Source: Octopus vulgaris (lineage: Eukaryota). Taken from it: a stretch of 64,000 bases of DNA. Below are positions 53,871-64,000 of this stretch, piece after piece. Numbering within the stretch: position 1 is the stretch's first letter; every line of letters begins with the position of its first letter. A program made the position numbers and the translations under genes. Under the pieces are notes generated by a model, which saw nothing but the letters and a program-made list of their open reading frames with translations, was not told the DNA's origin and made no database searches. Location: assembly GCA_951406725.2 (NCBI GenBank), contig OX597832.1, positions 61,566,001-61,630,000 on the forward strand. The letters run 5' to 3'.

Positions 53871-54489
53871 CGTTTCAGTTTCCTCTTTTTCATCGCAGTA
53901 CATTTATATATAATGATTTTTTTCCTTCTGCTGTGTTAAAGAAGGTTATTCTCATTATTTGTTACGTGCAGTTTAGTGTCACTCAAAAAAGTTTCTATCT
54001 ACTCCCCCTTTTCCATTTTCTGCCAGGCTTCTGCGAAATCGCTCTGATCATGCTTAGAAAAAAGAAACAGCCGCTGTTGTTTTATTAATGTTTGTGGTGG
54101 TGGGACTGTTGGTGTTTTTGATGGGGACAGTGATGGAGGTCGTGCTTGCGTCATATTGAACAATATCTTGCTCGTCGCTAATGCTCCAGCTTCTGTTACT
54201 GTTGCTGTTGTCATTGCTTTTGCTCATCTTGGCGATGCTGTCCATGTTTCGTTTCTCGACCACATCAATTAGTAGTGGAGAAACAATGTCATAACGGGTA
54301 TTCCAGCAGCTACCGCTTCCCTCGATTTGGGAAGACGTATTGATATTTTTATGCTTTAAAATATTGAATTTGTACTTTGAAATCTCACAATTCGCCCTTA
54401 AATATCGAATTCCCGCGTGATCAGCTCGCATCGATGACAACAGGCTGGGTTATTTAGTTAACAGCTCAGCAAAGTTTGGAATACTTCGC

Positions 54490-54983
54490 TTGTCCCCTAC
54501 CCCCAACCCAGGGCCAAACCGTTAATCCAGAGTTCTACTGCTACGTTTTAGAGCGTTTCAGAGAGGACATTCGGCGAAACGAGGGGATCAGTAGAGCGCG
54601 AAGAATTGGGTCCTTCAAGACGACAATGCACCCTATCACCGACATCTCCTCACTCGTGAATTTCTCGGCAAAAGCAACATTATATCGCTTCCGTACCCAC
54701 ATTCCCTTTTTTTTTTTACCAGATTTGGCACCTGCGGACTTTTTTCTCTTCCCCAACATGAAAATGCAGCTCAAAGGTCGTCGTTTTAACACCGTTGTGA
54801 AGATCCAGAGCGAACCGCAGAAGGTGCTCAAATCGCTTACGGAAAACGACTTTCAAGCCGGTTTCCAAAAGCCGCTGGAATGCTGCAACCGGGGTATGGC
54901 AGCGCAAGCTGACATTTTCGAAGGAGATGATGTTATAACTTAGGTAAATAAGTTATTTTTATTAAGCATAACCAGCCCGTGAA

Positions 54984-54984
<1 letters not shown>
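54490..54984 (+). mobile_element. Mariner 3' fragment (catalytic C-half)
   Basis: GQTVNPEFY..VL, frameshifted QDDNAPYH, PDLAPADFFLFPNMKMQLKGRRF, FEGD; right end interrupted by a SINE. Confidence 0.9.
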
Positions 54985-55439
<455 letters not shown>

Positions 55440-57339
55440 GTATATATATAAGGTATTTTTTCCGTCGACTGTCGGTACACCTGGGGAACGCATCTGGAAA
55501 AACAGCTACTAGCAAAATCTGAATATCTGGCAATTCGTTGTGGCATGTATTGGGACCAGAGTATGTTTACCAGAATTACAAGATTTGTAGTTTCTTCTTT
55601 CTCCACAATTAAGCGGGTTAATGAAGTGATGTTAGGGGCGGCAATTCGTTATGCCCTGTCTAAGATGTAAAAGGGATTTCAAAGATCTTTCATTTCATTT
55701 CCTATTCAAGCGAACTACCAAATAATGATGTCCTTTGAAGAGACAACAGGGATAACGGAGATTACTTAACGAGACAATAAGATAGATAGATGAAAGTCTA
55801 TGTTGACCCTTACCGATTCTTGAATTTAAGAAAGGTGAAAGACTGGCCTTCGTAGTTTAAGGTATCTACACAAGAACAAACACAACGCAAACAGTGTTTT
55901 GTCAAAGCGAACGATAGAGAGATCTCATAAATATTTATTTAGTGAAACTGGATACACAGGCAAACACACACACACACACACACACATACACACACACACA
56001 TATATATATGTATATACATGTATATATATATGATATATATATATATATGTATATGATGTATATATATATATATATATACATATACCTACCCAAATATATA
56101 TATATATATATAATATACGTATATATACATACACACGCATATATATATATATGCATACAAATATATATACACAAGATATGTACATATATATATTCAAATA
56201 TATACAGATATATATGCAAATATATATATATATACACACACATATATATATATACAAATGATTTGTGTATGTGTGAGTGCGTACGTGCTTGTTTATGTAA
56301 TATATATATATTTATACATCCATCTATCTATCTATCTATTTGTGTCTGTCTGTCTGTCTCTCTATACATATATATATATATACACACACACACGTAAAAA
56401 TATATATACACATACATATACATATATATATACACGCACACACACACACACATATATATATAAAGAGAGAGAGGAGAGAGAAAGAGAGAGAGAGAGTGAG
56501 CTACATAGATGCCATAGAAAGATTCCATAGAAATTCTATACAAAGATAAAAATCTATCTTGACCCCTCGACCCTTATGTTTGTGATAGGTGAAGCACTGA
56601 ACTAGATATCATAACGTATCTATAACAGATCAAAGGAAATAGATCACTTATTAAACGATCAATGTTTTATTTTTGTTTTTTTTTATTAATCTTTTCCCCC
56701 TAATTATGGATTATCTATTATACACTAAAGGTCGATAAAACACTTATACACCTCTGTCACAAAATCGTCCTTCATAATTTAGTTTCTAGGTTTAATGGGT
56801 AGATTGTGTGATCGAATCTGGATGGTGGGCCGCTTTTAATCCTCAATCTGGTTCTCAGGGTTTCTTTCTAATTTTCCTCTTATTTTTCAATATTTAATTT
56901 CTGTTAACCCCATGGCAACAGTTTGTTTTTATCTGGCAACAAGTTTGTACTTACAGTAATAATCTCAGCCAAGATCAGCAATTAGCACACGACAACGGTT
57001 CGGCGTATATTTATGTCAACCATTTTAAAGCATGCACCATTTATTTATGTGAACTGTTATCACTATGAGGACCGTAAATTCAATGAACCTGGCATGGCTG
57101 GATGCGACTGTAAATTCCGTGAAGGACCAGAAGAATTTGCTGAACGTCAAAGAATTTTATAGGAGGTCATAGTGAAAATGGTGGTGTAACCGCCAAAACT
57201 GCTGCTTTTATACTTTTATGGTGATGAAGTCTCGAATAGAGTTGGAAATATTTGCATGAAGAGTCAAACAAATCTTGAAATTTGCACGGTGGCTCCTATT
57301 ACCGATTCCATGAATGATAATTATATATATAGGTCAAAA

Positions 57340-57476
57340 ACTTTTCCTACTCTAGGCACTAGGCCCGAAATGTTGGGGAAGGGGGTCAGTCGATTAGACC
57401 GAAGCCAGTACGCAACTGGTACTTAATTTATCGACCCTGAAAGGATGAAAGGTAAAGTTGACACCGGCGGAATTTG
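57340..57476 (-). mobile_element. Nin/Deu SINE 3' part, tail B
   Basis: ctactctaggcactaggcccgaaat...cagtacgcaactggtacttaatttatcgaccctgaaaggatgaaagg. Confidence 0.8.
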
Positions 57477-57564
57477 GTAGTGAACAGCTGACACTGTAGT
57501 ACATCTCCAGCGTTACAAGCTGTGCAAAGCAATAATAATAATAATAGTAATGATGATGATGATG

Positions 57565-57609
<45 letters not shown>

Positions 57610-57934
57610 TAATAATAATCCCTTACCTCCCCCCACGCAAAATTTTTATAATTGTAAATACATACGTAGGCTTCTACATACACTCTTACACACAAGCATA
57701 GAGAAGGTGAGGGCGGGAGACTGACACAGTTTCACCGACATACACACACATGTACATGTGTAATTGAGTGTATATATACGTATATGTATAGGCAAACATA
57801 TCTCTCCACACACCTGGATGTACGTATACCCCTCTGTGTGTTTCTACAAGTGGCGTGTAATTACGTACTTACGTTGTTCCGTAGCTTTCTTACACGTACA
57901 CTAAAGTATATTTATGTGTAGGCATATTTGCCTA

Positions 57935-57958
57935 TGAATAATAATAATGATAATAATG

Positions 57959-58057
<99 letters not shown>
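57935..58057. repeat. (AAT)n microsatellite
   Basis: Directly visible. Confidence 0.95.
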
Positions 58058-58205
58058 TTCATAATATGTTAAGACACATACATAACAAAAGCCACAGGAC
58101 TTGCAAGTATATATAACATACAGAAAATAGCACTGATTACTTTCTCACTCGCTTTCTCGCTTTCTTTCTACCTATCTTCCACTCTTCCTTTATTTCATTT
58201 CTGTA

Positions 58206-58280
<75 letters not shown>

Positions 58281-59021
58281 TCCATTATATTTAATTATCT
58301 GTCTGCAGAAGTTCCTGCTCGTCCTTTTCCTTGGAAGTATTGTCTAGTAGCAAGTACTAAGGCCAATAACCTCAGTGTAAGAATGTTTTTCTACTCTGTT
58401 GGCATACTGTATCATTTCCTGTTAGTTACCAGGTAAAAATGAAATAAAATAAAATAAAATGAAATAAAATAAATTTGTAACTAAAGGAGAATGCTAACTG
58501 CACATGCGTACACACACTCCAACCAAACACAGAGACAAAAGATGTACGTATTTGTGATGAATAACTACATATATTTGCATATCGTGGTACACGAAATATA
58601 CACCTCACTTACATAAACTTCACATCATGTGTCTGTGTTTATGTGTGTGTGTGTGTATGTGTGTATACACACACACACATTTATATATATATATATATAT
58701 ATATACATGTGTGTGTTTATACATGAACATAGAAAAGAGGGAGTGAAAGAGAGAAATAATGATGCGAATAAGGAAATGAGCACGCTTTGGTTAGGTAAAT
58801 AAAATATACATACATATACACATGTATATATTTGTGAAAGGGGACAACAAACGCCGAGGCATAACAAGCATCTCAAGGCATATACATTATTGGATATCAT
58901 TCTTAATTTTAGAATATATATGCTCTAAATCGGAAACCTAAAATGGAATCCAGATATTACCCAGCGTACCTATTCTTTTAGATTACTACTTAACTAAACC
59001 CCCATATTCTACATATATACG

Positions 59022-59093
<72 letters not shown>

Positions 59094-59128
59094 TACATAC
59101 ATACACACGCACACACACACACACACAA

Positions 59129-59169
<41 letters not shown>

Positions 59170-59344
59170 AATATATAGAGAAAGAAAGAGAGAGAGAGAG
59201 AGATCTCGGATAAAGATTTCCGAGTGTCATTTCAAAAGTTCAAATCATTTGTGTACTAAACGTGTTCAGCATTTCCGGATCTCACCTGTCAAATTGCTCT
59301 CCCTACCACTCTCACTCTCTCTGTGTCTCTCTCTCCTTTTTTCT

Positions 59345-59682
<338 letters not shown>

Positions 59683-59694
59683 ACTTGCCGCTAG

Positions 59695-59930
59695 TTATGC
59701 ACTCTACAGACAAGCGTTCCCCCTTAACGAATCAAGGAGATTCAGCGTGACAAACAAATGTAACAAGTCTGGCCCTTTTTGGAGTACAGGTACAACACAT
59801 TTTTGCCAGCTGAGTAGACTGGAGAAACGTGAAATAAAAAGCCTTGCTCAAGGGCACAACGCGCCGCCAGAAATCGAGCTGACAATCATACGATTGGGAA
59901 CTTACGATCGAATTTCCTAACCACTCACGT
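59695..59930 (-). mobile_element. CORE-type tRNA SINE (CORE head plus body X)
   Basis: Reverse complement: gtggttagg...gtgcccttgagcaagg..tttatttcacgtttctccagtctactcagctggcaaaaatg..tgtacctgta..aagggccagacttgt..gtcacgctgaatctcc. Confidence 0.75.
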
Positions 59931-60035
59931 GGAAACGAGTCAGGGGCATCGGCTGAGATTGATATGGTCTCCGCAAATACGAAACTTTTCTTTGAAGCTG
60001 AGCCAATCTCTTAATATATACATACATATATATGC

Positions 60036-60460
60036 GTGCTCCAGCATGGCTGCAGTCAGATGACTGAATCAAATAAAAGAATAACATTTTTAATTTTTTT
60101 ACTTGTTTAAGTTCTTTGACTGTGACCATGCTGGAGCACCGCCTTTTGTCGAACAAATCAACCCCAGGGCATAAGCCTAGTACTTATCCTGTGGGTCTTC
60201 TTTGCAGAGCTGCTAAGTTACGGAGACGTAAACACACCAACATCGGTTGTCAAGCGATAGTGTGTGCGTGTATGTGTGGGGGGAGAAACACACACATATA
60301 TATATATATGCGAGGGGCTTCTTTCAGTTTCCGTCTACGAAATCCACTCACAAGTCTTTGGTCGGCCCGAGACACTTGCCCAAGATGCCACGCAGTGGGA
60401 CTGAACACAGAACCATGTCGCTGGCAGGCAAGATACTTGCCACACAACCACATCTGCGCC
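60036..60460 (-). mobile_element. CORE-like SINE (-, 60095-60460) with a tail-to-tail inverted tail copy (+, 60036-60084)
   Basis: Head ggcgcagatgtggttgtgtggcaag on minus; gtgctccagcatgg (+) faces ccatgctggagcac. Confidence 0.8.
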
Positions 60461-60517
60461 TATATATATATGTGTGTGTGTGTATGTGTATACAAACAAA
60501 TAGATGGATTGATAGAG

Positions 60518-60550
<33 letters not shown>

Positions 60551-60631
60551 CTCAGACATACATACATACAGACATACATACATACATACATACATACATA
60601 CATACAGACAGACAGACGGACAGACAGGCAG

Positions 60632-60763
<132 letters not shown>

Positions 60764-61792
60764 GCCAACAGAGTGACAGACAGATAGAAAGACCTGTAGA
60801 TAAAAAGAGAACTTCGGTTGGCGTTTCTATCATTTTCGAACATAAAAAGATTGCATATTATAAATTATAGATATCACATCACCCGCTGGCCTTCATACTA
60901 CGTCAAACACCAGCACAGCCTACTCTATCTCTACTCAACAGATACAAAAAAAATCCTGCCTCCGTTACACGCTGATTATAAGCTCGTATTTGATATCTAC
61001 AAACTATTATTGTTGTTCGTAATTTTGGTATAGATTTTGGTAACCTAGAGAAGCAGGAATTTGGCAAAGAAACGAATAGAAATGACTAATGTAAATTTTT
61101 GAATTTTATATATTATTATTACTATTATTATTTTGTCAATTAGTATCGTAGTGTTTTAAAGAAATGCAAAAATCTTTCCTAAGTTCGCTAAATGACTATA
61201 AGTATTGTTGCACAAATAGCAACGAAAATGTCTTCACTCGTAGTTACAGACCAATTCTTAGCCTGTTGAATGATCATTAATTAGATAAAGAAGATTGCTA
61301 CGCACATATACTTACATATCTTTAGACTGCATGCGGAGTAATTTCAGGCACACATAAGCCACACACACACATGCACACACACACACGCATATAACCATAT
61401 ATATATATATAAGCCAGACTACCTCTGCACACATTCTCGCACACGTGTGTGCCGTGCCTTGCCAATGCTAATACACGCTGATGAATAGCCATAAATAGGC
61501 AAATGTATTGATGGATGCATTATAAGAATATTTATTTACAGAGGAATTTACCAGAATACTCAAACACACACACACGCACACACACACACACATAAACAAG
61601 TGTATACACACACATTTACATTCGTACATAGCAACTAATAGTTATCATTGCACAGGTGAATACGAACGTTCATGCATGCTTTCATAGAAGCATTGCTACA
61701 TCCATCAGAAAAAAAACATATATATACATAGGTGTGTGTATATATGTGTGCGTGTGGGCGTATTTATGTACGTATGTGTGAGTGTCTATATA

Positions 61793-61836
<44 letters not shown>

Positions 61837-61928
61837 TATTTACACACATATGCGTGTGTATGCGTATATGAATATGTACATATATATATTCATATATGTG
61901 TATATATATGCGTACATATATATGTTTG

Positions 61929-61978
<50 letters not shown>

Positions 61979-62364
61979 TATGTATTCTTACGTGCACGTG
62001 GTTATTGGGGCAGTTGGTTATGTAACTACCTGTCTCAATACTAATGTCGAACATAAAGTACATGGCTAATTAGGGAATAACAATTACACTCTATTAATGG
62101 ATCTGCCAAATATGTAAGGCATTCCTGAAATTTAAACTAGAATAGATACATATAAGATATACAAATAAATGCTTTATGGAGATATACTTTAAGATAATAT
62201 TTTCAGATTCATACGTTCGCAGATAGGTATGCATACATGGATACGTATATCTAAGAAGATCAATACCTATGCTCATACGTATATGCATACATTACGTGAA
62301 TGGAAATATATACATTTACACAGATCGATACAAATGCCTATATATATATGAATATATATACGTG

Positions 62365-62424
<60 letters not shown>

Positions 62425-62483
62425 TATATATATGTTTATATATATATGTATATGTATTTATATATAAATACATATATATATAA

Positions 62484-62558
<75 letters not shown>

Positions 62559-62881
62559 CGTGATTACGAGCATGCAATCACATAGATAGGTGCGTTGAAT
62601 TGTTGCATATACATACATTCATACATGAATGCATGCGTACATATATTTATACGGATCGATATGTCAGAAGACACACACTATCATATACATACACACATAC
62701 ATACATACATACATACATACATACATACATACATACATACATACATACATACATACATACATACATGCATACATGCGTATATACATACTTACGCACGTAC
62801 ATGCAACCATACATACATAAATATATATTCGCATAAACATTGGTGCGTATGCAGCAACCTATACTCAGAACTACATACAAA

Positions 62882-62912
<31 letters not shown>

Positions 62913-62926
62913 CACACACACACACT

Positions 62927-63032
<106 letters not shown>

Positions 63033-63487
63033 TGTATAGAGACACGTGTAATAAAAACTTACATCCGTTCATGCATGGAGACATATCAGTATGCACAGAT
63101 ACGAACGTAGATGCATACATCATACCGTTCGATACGTATGCAGATTGAAACATTCATACAAGTACTCAAACATGTATTCCATGTTAATACGGAAGTCTAT
63201 ATGCAGATACATACAGTCATACATACAGATGAATATATACATATACGTATATATATACATGCACATTTATGTATATATATGTATGTTCATACATATATAT
63301 ATATATGTACATATATATATGTGTGTATATATATATATGTGTGTGTGTGTGTAAATACGTATATATGTGTATATGTATATATATGTGTATGTGTATATGT
63401 ATCTATATATACATATATACATATGTATGCATATATACATATAGATATGTATGTATGTATGTTTGTATGTATGTATGTATGTATATA

Positions 63488-63542
<55 letters not shown>

Positions 63543-63726
63543 ATATATGTATATATAATGGAAAACCATACAAAAATATATAAAATTGTACAACTAGATG
63601 ATGAGTAAAGCACCGGAACAGTTCAGATTGCCTATTGTTATATATATAATATATACACACACAAATATACATATGTACATATATATGATTTTATATGCAT
63701 ATATATATATGTATGTATATAGGTAC

Positions 63727-63794
<68 letters not shown>

Positions 63795-64000
63795 ATGTAT
63801 GTATATTCACACACACACATATTTTCCATATGTCTGCATCGAATCGTTCTTACTTGCATGCACACACGCAATTAGAAATAACTACCTGTGCGCTCTTCAC
63901 AGAAAGGCAAAATGGATAAGAATTTTATTGAGAAATTTGCGAATAAATCTTTACTTACAGCTTTTTTAGGTGATGCAAGAATGGAATTTCGCTATAGAAA

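Noticed and set aside
54054-54440. 128-aa minus-strand ORF with neuropeptide-like KRNMDSIAK
   Set aside because: Single motif, no signal peptide or repeated peptides, and the sequence looks like decayed AAC/AGC trinucleotide repeat between transposons.

Overview
This is eukaryotic, AT-rich, microsatellite-saturated DNA whose repeat content (tRNA-derived SINE families, mariner relics, Tx1/R4/HERO/RTE LINE relics) looks like an octopus or coleoid cephalopod genome; the taxon is inferred from recalled repeat families. I found no credible host exon or intact gene, so the window reads as intronic or intergenic. Almost all listed ORFs are artefacts of (TA)n, (CA)n, (TCTA)n, (CATA)n and (AAT)n repeats. 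Real protein homology is limited to broken transposon ORFs: Tx1/L1-type LINEs at 2124-4698 (+) and ~52930-53870 (-), R4/Dong-like 3' ends at 41373-42656, HERO-like and RTE-like 3' ends, several mariner pieces and a hAT fragment. The most interesting signal is non-coding RNA structure. (1) Minimal Penelope-type hammerhead ribozymes, including a tRNA-headed element with two inverted hammerheads that show a compensatory stem change (10899-11302), and a U3-A8 core-variant hammerhead whose inverted duplicate starts exactly at the predicted cleavage site (16473-16768). (2) A Nin/Deu-domain SINE whose 3' tail matches the 3' UTR of the Tx1 LINE in this window and which forms arrays joined at one fixed internal site. 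(3) 2x2 module shuffling among SINEs, mariner derivatives with two left ends, and R4-like LINEs lodged in (ATAC)n. All alignments and folds were done by eye, and coordinates of degenerate elements are approximate.
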